Counted from the stretch's first letter, positions 17,548-28,112 are shown. The stretch: 64,000 bases of DNA from Thermofilaceae archaeon (GCA_038727095.1 JAVYWK010000004.1:23802-87801), one strand, 5' to 3'. The notes: generated from the letters alone by a model not told the origin. Translations and numbers: made by a program.

Positions 17548-17871
17548 ATGGCAAGTTGGGGATCAGCTTTTGTAGTTGCTTTAAAGATACTTCTGATGTG
17601 TGTTGTTTGGTATATTATCGGATTAATTATAATTGTCACAGGCCTAGCTGCTATGGGATCCTCACTTCAGGCTTTAATGCAGTCCATGATGGGTTCACCG
17701 TACGGGGTTCCTCAAGTTGATTTCACCGGCTTAGTTGCCGGCCTTGTGCTCATAATCGTCGGGCTGACTATCACATCGCTTGGGTCGATAGCGACCTTCC
17801 TCAAGTACTCGGCTGAGTACTACGCTAGAGAGATCATTCGATACTTTTCGCCTCCCCCACCTCCAACGTAA
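17548..17871 (+). CDS. Small two-TM membrane protein
   Basis: Two hydrophobic helices and a Pro-rich tail; TTTATAA box upstream. Confidence 0.75.
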   Translation: MASWGSAFVVALKILLMCVVWYIIGLIIIVTGLAAMGSSLQALMQSMMGSPYGVPQVDFTGLVAGLVLIIVGLTITSLGSIATFLKYSAEYYAREIIRYFSPPPPPT

Positions 17872-17983
17872 CTCTGGACTCTTGGAATCTAGTTCAACGT
17901 GCTGAGCGAGCAGTAAAGGCTGCAGAACCGGGAAAGTGGTAAGACTCAAAAGCTTCAAGTATCTCTAAAACATAATTCAAGGG

Positions 17984-20371
17984 ATGTGTAAGGCTTGGCT
18001 CTACGGCTTAATCGTTCTCGTGCTACTGGGCCTGCTAACAGAGGTTCCTAGGGCTGATCAAGGCGAATTGGAGTGGGTTGGTACTGTGTACATAAGGTTC
18101 GATGGTAGAGTTGAACCCTCTGACGCTCCCGTCGTGACTTACGATGGAGCTGTTTACACGCTGACCGGCAATATTGCGAGCTCGGAGCACGGGATAGTCG
18201 TGGAGAGGGACAATGTAATCCTCGAAGGAGCCGGCCACAGGATACGAGGGGGGCGCGAGGAGTACTATGCTGGCGTCTACCTCTTCCGCGTTAGGAACGT
18301 AACGGTCAGAAACGTGGTGGTCGAAAACTCTAGCACCGGGGTTTGGCTCTTCAAGTGCATTGACTGTTCAGTGAAAAATAGCAGGATTGTAAACTCGAAG
18401 TACGGGGTGTGGCTGACGAGTTCCACCGGCAGCACTATCAGCTGGAACACCCTGGAGGGCAACGAGTGGGGGATTGGGCTTCATTCTTCCCAGTTCAATA
18501 CTCTCGAGGGTAACGTGGTTACTGGAGGTTACATCGGCATCTACTTGGTCGACTCCTCCAACAGTAACATAGTTCGAGGAAACAATGCTTCCGGAAACGA
18601 GTTTGGCATAGCGGTTCTCTCCTCCTCGAATAACACGGTCTACGGGAACTTTGTAGCGGGCAACAGTTACGGAATCTTCCTCGAGGAATCTCGATGCAAC
18701 GTTGTTAAAGACAATACCGTGGAGGATAACTTCGACGGTCTCGTGCTCTCCAATTCGTCTCAAAACATAGTCGTTAGCAACAGAGTATCTGCTAACCGGG
18801 AGTCTGGAGTCTGGTTGTACAATTCCTCGGGGAACATCATTCGGATGAACGTTTTTACAAACAATCTATACGGTCTCTATCTGAAGCAGGGCTCGAATAG
18901 CAATTTGATTGAAGCGAACTCTTTCAGCAATTGTAGCCTGTACGTGAAGCAGTCCTACCGGAACACAGTCGCCGGTAACACGGTGAACGGAAAGCCGTTA
19001 ATCTACTTGGAAGGCGTCTCCCACGCCACCGTAAAGGGGGTGGCTGGGCAGGTCGTACTCGTCCAGTGCGATAGCGTGAAGGTAGAGGGTGTAAACGTGT
19101 CACGCACAACGGTTGGAATCCTCCTTTCGGAGACCAACCACACTGAAATCGTTGATAGCAGCGTATCGGAGAGCTACATAGGAGTCGGGATACTAAGTTC
19201 TCATGGCACAACCGTCAATAGGGTCAACTTAACGGGGAACAGGGAAGGGATTAGCTTAGATGATCAATCATCGAATAACCTCATAAACGGAAGCAGGGTG
19301 GTAGCGAACTGGCACGGCATCCTCCTGTTCATTAGCTCGAACAATACTGTTAGCTGGAGCATTATAACCAATAACACCCATGGGGTCACTTTAGTATCCT
19401 CCTCGCACATTGTCGTCTCCAGCAACACTATAGCGAACAACTCCTTCGGCGTATCCCTGCAAAACTCCTCTAGCAACCTTGTGCGCGGCAACAGGATTGC
19501 CCGCAACGAGTACGGGATAGACTTAGGCTTCTCCTCCTGTAGCAACATTATCGAAAGAAACCTCGTGAGAGAAAACGGGTTCGGTGTTCGTCTCAATAAC
19601 TCCTCGGGTAACAGCATCAGCGAGAACCTCATCTCGAGGAACAACATCGGCATACGCGTTGAGCGTTCCATCGGGAACATCATCGCGAGGAACGGCTTCC
19701 TCAGAAACCTCGTACAAGCCGATAACTACGATAGCACCAGCGAGTGGGATCTCGGCTACCCGGATGGGGGGAACTACTGGAGCGATTACAGGGGGGAAGA
19801 CTTCTACAGCGGCCCCAGCCAGGATCAAGCGGGGAGTGATGGGATAGGTGATAATCCCTACAGCATCGATGAGTGGAATAAGGATCGATACCCGATCATG
19901 CTTTTGAAGCACGCGGTCTCCTGGTACAGCGATGAACCCCCGTTTTGCGCCGTCAGGCTCCTTAAAGGTGATGGGGAAAGAGCTGAGGTAGCTGGGGGAG
20001 AGCTTCTCGAAGTATACCTTGGGGATTCATCCGATGACACGGGTATCAGGAGGATCCGCTTTACAAGCTACACGGTGATCGACGGCACTGTAAGGGAGGA
20101 ACGGGGCTCCTGGTACTACTGGGAAGCTAGTTACGGTAACTGGGACCCCTACAGGAAGGTCGCGACCTTCACGTTTATAGAACCGGGAACCGTAGAGTTA
20201 CGGGTGGAAGTTGAAGACGATTCAGGGCAGGTGTCGCAATGCCGCGTGACAATCATCGTTCAGCCCCCAACCCCAGCTTGGTACAACGCTCTGCTACGCC
20301 TTTTACCGCTCCTCATAACCTCCGTAGCTGTGTTTGCCGCAATCATAGTGTTAAAGCGAAGGAGAAGGTAG
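17984..20371 (+). CDS. Membrane-anchored parallel beta-helix (NosD/CASH) surface protein
   Basis: Many 'NxxGIxLxxSSNNxI' repeats, 'GGNYWSDY', 'DGIGDNPY', 'DRYP'; signal peptide, Ig/PKD-like domain, C-terminal TM plus KRRR. Confidence 0.9.
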   Translation: MCKAWLYGLIVLVLLGLLTEVPRADQGELEWVGTVYIRFDGRVEPSDAPVVTYDGAVYTLTGNIASSEHGIVVERDNVILEGAGHRIRGGREEYYAGVYLFRVRNVTVRNVVVENSSTGVWLFKCIDCSVKNSRIVNSKYGVWLTSSTGSTISWNTLEGNEWGIGLHSSQFNTLEGNVVTGGYIGIYLVDSSNSNIVRGNNASGNEFGIAVLSSSNNTVYGNFVAGNSYGIFLEESRCNVVKDNTVEDNFDGLVLSNSSQNIVVSNRVSANRESGVWLYNSSGNIIRMNVFTNNLYGLYLKQGSNSNLIEANSFSNCSLYVKQSYRNTVAGNTVNGKPLIYLEGVSHATVKGVAGQVVLVQCDSVKVEGVNVSRTTVGILLSETNHTEIVDSSVSESYIGVGILSSHGTTVNRVNLTGNREGISLDDQSSNNLINGSRVVANWHGILLFISSNNTVSWSIITNNTHGVTLVSSSHIVVSSNTIANNSFGVSLQNSSSNLVRGNRIARNEYGIDLGFSSCSNIIERNLVRENGFGVRLNNSSGNSISENLISRNNIGIRVERSIGNIIARNGFLRNLVQADNYDSTSEWDLGYPDGGNYWSDYRGEDFYSGPSQDQAGSDGIGDNPYSIDEWNKDRYPIMLLKHAVSWYSDEPPFCAVRLLKGDGERAEVAGGELLEVYLGDSSDDTGIRRIRFTSYTVIDGTVREERGSWYYWEASYGNWDPYRKVATFTFIEPGTVELRVEVEDDSGQVSQCRVTIIVQPPTPAWYNALLRLLPLLITSVAVFAAIIVLKRRRR

Positions 20372-20477
20372 TGCCTTTAGAAAGTGTCCGCTCAAACAGG
20401 CCTCACAGGGTTTGAATGTTGGGGGACTCTGTGCACGTAACAGTTCAACGTGTAGTGCTGCGATGATCGCTTCCCCT

Positions 20478-21305
20478 CTAGCCTTTAACCGTGAGCCTAG
20501 TCCATGCTGCAAACCGCCTACCCTCCGCTTCCATGTAGGGGAAGCGAGCTTCAATAACGTAGTCTCCCGCCTCACTTAAGCGTAAATCGTATTCGGCGGA
20601 GATGGACGCCGTGGCTTTCAGAACCCGTTCCTCGAGGACCTGTATACACGGCACGCTAGGGTCGAAACCTGCGGGGTAGACCTCGACGGGCTCAACCCCC
20701 TCTCTGTGTAGGAGGACTCTCGTGTCCGGGTGGCACGGCGTGGGGGAAATGTAGTTGAAGTCTTCGGGCATCAAGTTGAAAACCGTTACTCGAATTCTCC
20801 GCGTGGAGCCTACGTTAGCCACAGGTTCACCCACGTCGATGAAGATCAGGATATTGAGCTCGCTCGAAAGGGAGGCTGTTATAGCCTGCAGCAGTGCGTG
20901 GAGGTGCGACAGCTCGGGGGGTACTCTGCTGAGATCCGTCCACATGTAGGTGAGCGTTCTACCTCCTCTTCGGACAACCAGGCTGTAGGTGAAGTAGTCG
21001 GCACCCCCCTCCGGCTCCAGCTTCAAGCCGTTGGGGTGGGATGAGAGCAGTTTCTCCAACCTGCTGGTTAAACCGCTCAAAACCTGCTGGGGTAGTTTGG
21101 CGGACCTCACCATATTGCCTCTAACCCTGTACACCACGCCTCCGCCGGAACTGAGAACGATTCCGTCATTCCTACCCCAGAAGCCCCCCGTGATGCTGTA
21201 CTCGAGGGTGAAGCCGGCTTCCCCCCTCCTTAGGGATGATGTAATGAGGAGAATCATCACGGCAACAGTGGCGCAAACCCCTGCTAAGTATATGGTGGTT
21301 TTCAC
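20478..21305 (-). CDS. Membrane-anchored protein with emfourin-like and BsuPI-like (protease-inhibitor-like) domains
   Basis: N-terminal TM; 'YSITGGFWG...GADYFTYSLVV'; then 'VTVFN...PTPC...CIQVLEERVL...GDYVIEA'. Confidence 0.55.
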   Translation of the reverse strand: MKTTIYLAGVCATVAVMILLITSSLRRGEAGFTLEYSITGGFWGRNDGIVLSSGGGVVYRVRGNMVRSAKLPQQVLSGLTSRLEKLLSSHPNGLKLEPEGGADYFTYSLVVRRGGRTLTYMWTDLSRVPPELSHLHALLQAITASLSSELNILIFIDVGEPVANVGSTRRIRVTVFNLMPEDFNYISPTPCHPDTRVLLHREGVEPVEVYPAGFDPSVPCIQVLEERVLKATASISAEYDLRLSEAGDYVIEARFPYMEAEGRRFAAWTRLTVKG

Positions 21306-21402
21306 TATGTTCGTGGTTTAGAAGATTCCCAGCTGCTAATATATTCATCGTCCCGGCCGTTTAAGGTATCATCCATCGCGTTTAACGGGAGGTCTATAAG
21401 GC

Positions 21403-22935
21403 GTGCTCAGCGAGGTGCCTGTGCGCCCTTTAGCTGTTGTTGGAAGGGTTCTAGAGGGGTTCGACGAGAGTGGGAGGCCGATCTGGCATGACGGCATGGT
21501 GGTGGAGGGTGGCCGCGTGGTCTACCTGGGTTCTCGCGCGAGGGAGGTGGCGGGGCCCGGGGCTACGGTGTTGGAGGTGGACGGCGTTGTGCTGCCAGGC
21601 TTCACTGACTCCCATGCTCACCTTTCGAGCCTCGGTCTCTCGTTGAAGACGCTGGATTTGAGGGGTGTGGACTCGATCGGGGAGCTGAAGGGGAGGGTTG
21701 CGGATGCCGCGCGCAAGCTGGGTCCCGGTGCGTGGATCCTGGGTAGGGGTTGGGACCAGGAGTTGTTCAAGGAGGGTAGGTGGCCTACGCGGTGGGACCT
21801 CGATGAAGCGGCCCCCAGCAATCCGGTGCTGCTCGTCAGAGTGTGCGGCCACGCGGCTGTCGCGAACACGCTCGCTCTCGCTGCTGCTGGAATCACGGAT
21901 TCCACGCCCGACCCGCCCGGCGGCATTATCGAGAGGGAGGGTGGCAGAGTGACGGGCGTCCTGAAGGAGTCCGCCGTTGAGGTGGTGCTCGCCGTTGCCC
22001 AGAGGGGGTCTGCTGAGGCGATGGTCCGCGAGGGGGTTGAAGCCCTGCTGGCCAACGGGGTGACATGCGTCCACGCGATGTCCGTCAGAGGGGAGGAGCT
22101 GGCCGCGCTCGTGAAGCTCGCTGAATCGGGGGAGCTGCGCGTGCGCGTGAGAGCGTACCTCGACGCGAGCGTCCCTGATCTGAGGCCGCTGAGCTTGGGG
22201 TACCTGCGCGTGGTCGGCTTGAAGGCCTTCGCCGACGGCAGCTTGGGCGCTAGGACGGCCGCCCTCCGGGAGCCCTACAGCGACGACCCGGGGAACTCGG
22301 GTGTTCTTCTGATGGATCGAAGCGCGATCGCCCGCGCGCTGGAGATGGCTGGAAGGAGGGGTTTGCAGCTGGCGGTTCACGCGATCGGGGATAGAGCGCT
22401 CGAGGAGGTGGTTGAAGCGGCGAAGCTGGTGCGGGGGAGCCTCAGGGTTGAGCACGCTTCAGTGGCTCCGCCCGACCTACTGGACCAGCTGGCTGAGTTC
22501 GGTTTACCGGTGAGCGCTCAACCGAGGTTCATCATCAGCGACTGGTGGATCGTCTCGAGGCTGGGTATGCGGGCGCGCTGGGCCTACCCGTTCAGGAGCA
22601 TCCTCCAGCGCGGGATCGACCTCAGCTTCTCCTCTGACGCACCCGTCGAGCCCTGCAGCCCATGGGAGGGCGTCTACGCTGCCGTGACGAGGGGTTCCCT
22701 CGAGGGCCTGCCCGCGTCCCGGCTCTGGGCCTCCGAGGCCTTGAGCGTCGAGGAAGCCGTGAGGTGCTACACGGAGGTTGCGCCCAGGATCCTTGGCGAG
22801 GCTTACGGGAGGTTGAGCCCAGGCTACCCGGCGGACTTCATTGTGGTTGACGGGGACCCGTTCAGCCTACCGGGGGGAGAGGTCAGGCGAGTACGAGTGC
22901 TCGCTACCTACGTTGACGGCGTGAGGGTGCGCTAG
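21403..22935 (+). CDS. YtcJ-like amidohydrolase (amidohydrolase 3)
   Basis: 'PGFTDSHAH', 'GRGWDQ', 'RVCGHAAVAN', 'KAFADGSLGARTA', 'HAIGD', 'RVEHAS', 'SSDAPV'. Confidence 0.93.
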   Translation: MLSEVPVRPLAVVGRVLEGFDESGRPIWHDGMVVEGGRVVYLGSRAREVAGPGATVLEVDGVVLPGFTDSHAHLSSLGLSLKTLDLRGVDSIGELKGRVADAARKLGPGAWILGRGWDQELFKEGRWPTRWDLDEAAPSNPVLLVRVCGHAAVANTLALAAAGITDSTPDPPGGIIEREGGRVTGVLKESAVEVVLAVAQRGSAEAMVREGVEALLANGVTCVHAMSVRGEELAALVKLAESGELRVRVRAYLDASVPDLRPLSLGYLRVVGLKAFADGSLGARTAALREPYSDDPGNSGVLLMDRSAIARALEMAGRRGLQLAVHAIGDRALEEVVEAAKLVRGSLRVEHASVAPPDLLDQLAEFGLPVSAQPRFIISDWWIVSRLGMRARWAYPFRSILQRGIDLSFSSDAPVEPCSPWEGVYAAVTRGSLEGLPASRLWASEALSVEEAVRCYTEVAPRILGEAYGRLSPGYPADFIVVDGDPFSLPGGEVRRVRVLATYVDGVRVR

Positions 22936-22980
22936 GGCGGGCTGCGCGCACCTTATTAGAAGGTTCTCCTTCTGGTTACC

Positions 22981-23274
22981 GTGTTTGCCGTGGGCGAGGC
23001 CCGTCTGAAGGCTGTGAAGGGGCTCATCAGGGCGAGGGTGGTGGTCGATAGGGGTAGGGGCATCGTCGTAGATGCGAGCATTAGCGGGGACTTCTTCGTG
23101 TACCCGGAGGATTGCGTCTTCCGGCTTGAGGAGGAGCTTAGGGGGGCTCCGGTCGGCGAGGTGAGGGAGAGGGTTGAGCGTGCGCTGAGCGGGGTGAAGC
23201 TCGTCGGCTCGACGGTGGAGGACTTCGTTAGGGTGGTCGAGGAGGCCGTGAGGGCTGCCGGGTGGGGCGGGTGA
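22981..23274 (+). CDS. lplB: Lipoate-protein ligase accessory (C-terminal domain) subunit
   Basis: 'KGLIRA...ISGDFFVYPED...LEEELRG'; lies near lplA. Confidence 0.8.
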   Translation: MFAVGEARLKAVKGLIRARVVVDRGRGIVVDASISGDFFVYPEDCVFRLEEELRGAPVGEVRERVERALSGVKLVGSTVEDFVRVVEEAVRAAGWGG

Positions 23275-23840
23275 GGTCGCGCTGCAGGGCGTTCTGGGCT
23301 AGCGTGAGCGGGCTGGCCAGGAGGGCTTGGGAGGAGAGGAAGCGGTACCGCATGCTGACCCTGCAGGAGGCGCTGCTGCTCCTCCTCAACATCTCCGTGC
23401 TACCGGTGATGCTCTGGACCTCCAGTCTGCTTCTGACTGGCGCGAGCGTCTTCCTCGCCCGATCCTTCTACCCCCACGCGGCGCTGGTGATCTTTGTCAA
23501 CAACCTGATGGCTGCGGGGCTGATATCGCTCACAGCTACGACTGCGAGGAGGCTCTCCTGGGTTTGGGCGCTCTCGAGCGAGGCTGTGAGCAGGAACGCT
23601 GGTAAAGCGGCGCTGCTCTTCACCACCTGCGTCTTTGCTGCCTCTCTCTACATGAGGAGGAACATCGTATCCCCGATCCTCTTCCTCCTCCCGCACTTCT
23701 GGCTGGAGTACATGGCCTTGGCGGTGGCCGCGTACGCCGGCTTCAAGCCCTCACCGAGAGCCTTCGCCGCGTCCGCAGCCCTCCTAGCGGTGGCCGCGCT
23801 GTTCGAGGTTGCCGCAGCCGCAACCTTCGCGAGCCGTTGA
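23262..23840 (+). CDS. SpoIIM/DUF95-like membrane protein
   Basis: Multi-pass; 'IFVNNL', 'LLPHFWLEY', 'LLAVAALFEV'. Confidence 0.7.
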   Translation: MGRVRSRCRAFWASVSGLARRAWEERKRYRMLTLQEALLLLLNISVLPVMLWTSSLLLTGASVFLARSFYPHAALVIFVNNLMAAGLISLTATTARRLSWVWALSSEAVSRNAGKAALLFTTCVFAASLYMRRNIVSPILFLLPHFWLEYMALAVAAYAGFKPSPRAFAASAALLAVAALFEVAAAATFASR

Positions 23841-23849
23841 GGTGCCCCC

Positions 23850-24665
23850 ATGGTGAGGGAGCTGAGGATTCTCTTGTATGAGACCCCCGGCGACCCCTTC
23901 ATGAACCTGGCTTTCGAGGAGGCGCTCGCGAGAGTTAGGGGCGCGGGCCTGACTCCCGACACCCTTCGGATCTGGAGGAACGCGAGAGCCGTCGTCATCG
24001 GCTACTTCCAGAGGGCTGAGGAAGAGGTGGACCTGGCTGAGGCGGAGAGGCTCAGAGTCAGCGTCGTCAGGCGGTTCACGGGTGGGGGAGCGGTCTACCA
24101 CGATCTCGGCAACGTGAACTACGCGCTCGCCGTTAGCCTCCCCTCCAGCGACCCCGAGGGCTACGCCTACGGCTACCTGCTGCGCGGGACTCTAAGGGCG
24201 CTGGAGAAGCTGGGGGTTAGAGCGTCCGTGGAGAACGTGAACGACGTGGTCGCCGCCGGCAGGAAGGTCTCGGGGACGGCTGCCAGCTTCAGGTGGAACT
24301 GCTGCTTCCTTCACGGCACGCTCCTCGTCGACGCCGACCTCGACGCGCTCTCGAGGCTCCTGAAGCCCGCGGTGGAGAAGCTGTCCAGTAGGGGGGTTTC
24401 AGACGTGAAGCGTAGGGTCGTGAACCTCTCGGAGCTGCTGGGGGTGAAGCCCAGCTACCGGAGGATCGTCTCGGCGCTCGTGGAGGGGTTCGCGGAGCTG
24501 CTGGGCGCTGAGGCCTACTTCGACCTACCCCTAAGGGAGGAGCTCGAGGTTGCCGAGCTTCTGTACGAGCGGAAGTACCGCAGGGTTGAGTGGAACTTGA
24601 GGAGGGCTCCGCACAGCGCGTTCGCGGGGCTGGAGGAGGAGATCAGGGGGGTTTTGAGAGGCTGA
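23850..24665 (+). CDS. lplA: Lipoate-protein ligase A catalytic subunit
   Basis: 'NLAFEEAL', 'VVIGYFQ', 'RRFTGGGAVYHDLGNVNY', 'NDV...RKVSGTA', 'HGTLL'. Confidence 0.93.
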   Translation: MVRELRILLYETPGDPFMNLAFEEALARVRGAGLTPDTLRIWRNARAVVIGYFQRAEEEVDLAEAERLRVSVVRRFTGGGAVYHDLGNVNYALAVSLPSSDPEGYAYGYLLRGTLRALEKLGVRASVENVNDVVAAGRKVSGTAASFRWNCCFLHGTLLVDADLDALSRLLKPAVEKLSSRGVSDVKRRVVNLSELLGVKPSYRRIVSALVEGFAELLGAEAYFDLPLREELEVAELLYERKYRRVEWNLRRAPHSAFAGLEEEIRGVLRG

Positions 24666-25707
24666 CGACCTGCATCCGGAAGGGGTCGGGTATCGCCCCC
24701 CACTCGGGCCTGAAAGCCGCGTACTCCTCCCCGTGTCCATCGTTAATGTCGTAGAAGATCCATACCCCTATGGCCCGATCGGCCCCCCTGATGAGTTGGA
24801 GCTTCCTGGAGATGCCCTCAAGCCACTCCTTCGGCGTTCTAGCCCCGTGGTAGCCGGTGACCACCATCTGGCAGGGGAGCAGGTTCGAGTAGGCGCTGAG
24901 CGCGTCCTCCGAGTAGAGCTCGGTGACGACGAGGAACGGGGGATCCTTCGCCGCAAGGTCCACGGCGACCCTGACGAAGGGCTGGTCGATCCACGCCGCG
25001 TACAGGGGCTTCAGCCGGTCGGGCAGCGAGTTGTAGAAGCTGAGGACGTCGTCGGCGTCCATCCTGTCGATCCAGCCGTACCAGACCGCGATCCTCCAGG
25101 TCGAGTTGAGCTGGGAGAGGAAGTCCATCACGCTGAGAACCAGCCTGTTCATCCGGGTGCCGGGGACCAGGTACTCTCGCTCAGCGCCGTACTTCCACTT
25201 GGGGAGGAGGGCCCACATGATCCTCAGCCCTTGCTCGGCCGCGATGCTGTCGAGGAGCTTCAGGTTGCTGTAGTAGAGCTCGGTGTCGTCGGCCGGTACG
25301 ACGATGATGACCGTGTTGTAGACCATCGATATCGCCCGGAAGTCCTCCTCCACGTAGCTGCGGTAAGCGCTGAGGTTCGCGTAGACGTAGAAGTAGATCC
25401 TATCCCCGTAGCGCTCCCTCCACTCCGGCGAGCACGCCCCGGAAGGGAGGATGTAGGCGATCGCCCTCACCCCGGGGGGAACGGTGCAGCCGGCGCTGGC
25501 GCCAGTGGTCTCCCTCAAGGCCTCTTCCAACTCTCGAAGCCTCTCCTGCAGCTGCTGCCGAACCCTCTCAACCTCCCTCAAGGTTTCCGAAAGCTCGTTC
25601 AGCCTTCTCGTTAACTCGGCCATCCTCATCAGGACGACTGCGGTTACTAGAAGAGAGGTTGCCGCGACGATTAAAGCTGCCGCTGCTACAACGTAGCGAA
25701 CGTCCAC
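24643..25707 (-). CDS. Membrane-anchored coiled-coil protein with a possible glycoside-hydrolase-like TIM barrel
   Basis: N-terminal TM, heptad stalk, then an aromatic-rich alpha/beta domain ('VVTELY', 'IGVWIFYD'). Confidence 0.6.
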   Translation of the reverse strand: MDVRYVVAAAALIVAATSLLVTAVVLMRMAELTRRLNELSETLREVERVRQQLQERLRELEEALRETTGASAGCTVPPGVRAIAYILPSGACSPEWRERYGDRIYFYVYANLSAYRSYVEEDFRAISMVYNTVIIVVPADDTELYYSNLKLLDSIAAEQGLRIMWALLPKWKYGAEREYLVPGTRMNRLVLSVMDFLSQLNSTWRIAVWYGWIDRMDADDVLSFYNSLPDRLKPLYAAWIDQPFVRVAVDLAAKDPPFLVVTELYSEDALSAYSNLLPCQMVVTGYHGARTPKEWLEGISRKLQLIRGADRAIGVWIFYDINDGHGEEYAAFRPEWGAIPDPFRMQVVSLSKPP

Positions 25708-25894
25708 GGGGGGGGCCTAAGCTGCAGCCTTTTATAAGTGCGCCCCCGATTTATTTCTGAAAACCAACTTGTTCTCAATAGGTTCATCGTTAATGACGGT
25801 GGAATATGTTATAAACAAATAGTTAAATGCTTTAATTCATTGTTTTTCTTATGAAGCCGTTAACTATTTATATCTACCGAGTTCTAACTTGTCG

Positions 25895-26563
25895 ATGCAT
25901 ATGGAGCCAGGAAGGTTCCCCCTGATAGGGGAGAAAGTACCATCATTTACAGCAAAGACAACGCACGGTGTGATAAACTTCCCAGATGATTACAAAGGCA
26001 AATGGATCGTCCTCTTCAGCCACCCAGCCGACTTCACGCCGGTCTGCACCACGGAGTTCGTAGCCTTCCAGAAGAGGTTCGAGGAGTTCCAGAAGTTCAA
26101 CGTGCAGCTCATCGGCCTCAGCATCGACCAGGTGTTCAGCCACATCAAGTGGGTTGAGTGGATCAAGGAGAAGCTGGGCGTCGAGATAAAGTTCCCGATC
26201 ATCGCCGACGACACGGGTGAGATCGCGAAGAAGTACGGCATGATCCACCCCGGCAAGGGGACGAACACGGTTAGAGCGGTCTTCATCATCGACCCCAACG
26301 GGATACTCAGAGCGGTGTTCTACTACCCGCAGGAGCTTGGGAGGAACATCGATGAGATCCTGAGGGCCGTCAAGGCTCTCCAGGTGAGCGACCAGCACAA
26401 GGTGGCCATGCCGGCGAACTGGCCGAACAACGAGCTGATCGGCGACAAAGTCATCATCCCACCCGCTACAGACGAAAAGACGGCCAAGGAGAGACTAGAG
26501 AGAGCCGCGAGAAAGGAGATCGAGTGCTACGACTGGTGGTTCTGTTACAAATCTATAAAGTAA
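25895..26563 (+). CDS. Peroxiredoxin (archaeal Prx6-type)
   Basis: '[15 protein letters not shown]', 'YPQELGRN', 'PANWP', 'CYDWWFC'; TTTATAT box upstream. Confidence 0.96.
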   Translation: MHMEPGRFPLIGEKVPSFTAKTTHGVINFPDDYKGKWIVLFSHPADFTPVCTTEFVAFQKRFEEFQKFNVQLIGLSIDQVFSHIKWVEWIKEKLGVEIKFPIIADDTGEIAKKYGMIHPGKGTNTVRAVFIIDPNGILRAVFYYPQELGRNIDEILRAVKALQVSDQHKVAMPANWPNNELIGDKVIIPPATDEKTAKERLERAARKEIECYDWWFCYKSIK

Positions 26564-26577
26564 AGAGCATGACCATA

Positions 26578-26597
26578 TATTTTTCTTTTTATTTTTA
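26578..26597 (+). terminator. Oligo-T terminator candidate
   Basis: T-rich run just after the peroxiredoxin stop. Confidence 0.5.
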
Positions 26598-26982
26598 AGT
26601 AAACTAATTTAACATGCAAACAGTATATTCTCGCTAGTTGTAAGTTAAAAGATCGTAAGAACTGTAAATTATACTGCTTCTTTTTCAGAGGCGAATTATT
26701 TGCTACTTTTTCTTAACATTAGAACGTAATAAAATTGGGGTAAAAGGGTGATCATTGCGATGTACTGCAGACGAAGGGGCTTGGTATGCAAGTAGCGGGA
26801 AAGTACATCAGTGCGTTAATTTCGCAGACAAGCAGGAGAAACTTATGGAAGGAAACTGCGAGGAAGCTCAGCAAGCTTCTAGATGCCTCCCGAGAATGCT
26901 GCTGGAGCCTTTATGGTTTTCCTTGTTGCTTAAGCTAAAATATTTAATCAAAAATAAAGAAGATCATTAAGTTTTCATTTTA

Positions 26983-27927
26983 TTAGGCAGCTTTTACAGT
27001 AAATCTTAGATTAAAGGCGTTAGCAGGAGAAATGATGTCGCCGTCTTTAATAGGAACCCTTCCCTTTCCCCTAATATCCTCTCCATTTACGAAAGTTCCA
27101 TTCGTGCTCCCTTCATCGATTATTACAAAACTACCGCTGATATAGTCATAGTCGATCGTAAACTGGCCGCGCGGCATACGACGACTAATAAGAGAAAGGA
27201 CGCTTGATGGTACTATACCGGTGAAATCCTCCCTACCAAATCGCGCTGGAAGGCTGGTTATCGGAATCACTTTGTCCCCCAGCTCCAGCATCGCTACAAG
27301 CCTCATCGTCTCCCCACTAGGCGCGGGTACTGAAACAGTTGCACCAGGAACCCCTGTTACCACTGTTGGGCCTTCAACCGGTGCTACTCGCTCAGCCCCA
27401 GTAGGCGGCGGTTGGGGGGCAAGCGATGTTCTCCTCCGAAGAAGCACCACAGCGCCAACAGCAGCGAGAAGAACCACAGCTGGTATAATTGCCCAGATTA
27501 GCGGGAATTCTTCAATGACTTCAAATGGAAGATCCCCTTCTTCAAGCCTCCCAGTAGCTGGATCCCAAACTCTAACACGTATAGCATACTTTCCAGTAAC
27601 ATCCGTCGGTGCAATATCATACCTTGCTATTACCCTCTCAGCGTTCAACGCAACACGAGTGCGTGACAAAAGTGTAAGCGGTGTCCTACCAGCCTCAGGA
27701 GGGAAAAACAGTAAAACCTCGACTTCTATGGTTGCTCCAGTAATCGGTGGTCGTGCTACTACGTAAACCGTGTCCCCTCGTTTAAACTGGTTTTCCTCGG
27801 CTCCGATAGGGACTTTTGAGAGATAGAAGTACACGTCACGAAGAGTCACTAGAGGGGCAGCAGCTAAATAAACGGCGAAGAAGATTGAAAGGGTGATGAA
27901 TGCCGCAATTTTACTTATTTTCACCAT
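26983..27927 (-). CDS. Single-pass membrane protein: Ig-like ectodomain, TM, Pro/Thr linker, FHA domain
   Basis: Signal peptide; 'FKRGDTVYV...GKYAIRV'; TM plus RRR; 'FGREDF...ISRR...DEGSTNGTFVNG...IKDGDII'. Confidence 0.88.
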   Translation of the reverse strand: MVKISKIAAFITLSIFFAVYLAAAPLVTLRDVYFYLSKVPIGAEENQFKRGDTVYVVARPPITGATIEVEVLLFFPPEAGRTPLTLLSRTRVALNAERVIARYDIAPTDVTGKYAIRVRVWDPATGRLEEGDLPFEVIEEFPLIWAIIPAVVLLAAVGAVVLLRRRTSLAPQPPPTGAERVAPVEGPTVVTGVPGATVSVPAPSGETMRLVAMLELGDKVIPITSLPARFGREDFTGIVPSSVLSLISRRMPRGQFTIDYDYISGSFVIIDEGSTNGTFVNGEDIRGKGRVPIKDGDIISPANAFNLRFTVKAA

Positions 27928-28112
27928 CGATTAAAAAGAAAAGCAGATATATAAATGTTTTACGCTACAGAATTACAATTACCCAATTAGACAACATTAA
28001 GGCCGCGCACTAGTAATAGAGCAAATGGAAGCTCGTTTCTGCTGGAAGGATTAGACGAGCGAAACCTGTAGACTCACGAAGGCTAGTGTACTCGCTATGC
28101 AGTGCCTACGAT

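Noticed and set aside
17984-20371. Nitrous-oxide reductase accessory NosD
   Set aside because: No nos genes nearby; this is a generic archaeal beta-helix surface protein.
21451-22455. Long antisense ORFs (also 24733-25614, 33391-34359, 38537-39211 and similar)
   Set aside because: They are shadows of well-supported GC-rich genes on the opposite strand and have no motifs.
26755-26970. Short ORFs in AT-rich spacers (also 29573-29815 and 59870-60152)
   Set aside because: No motifs or ribosome-binding sites, and atypical composition.
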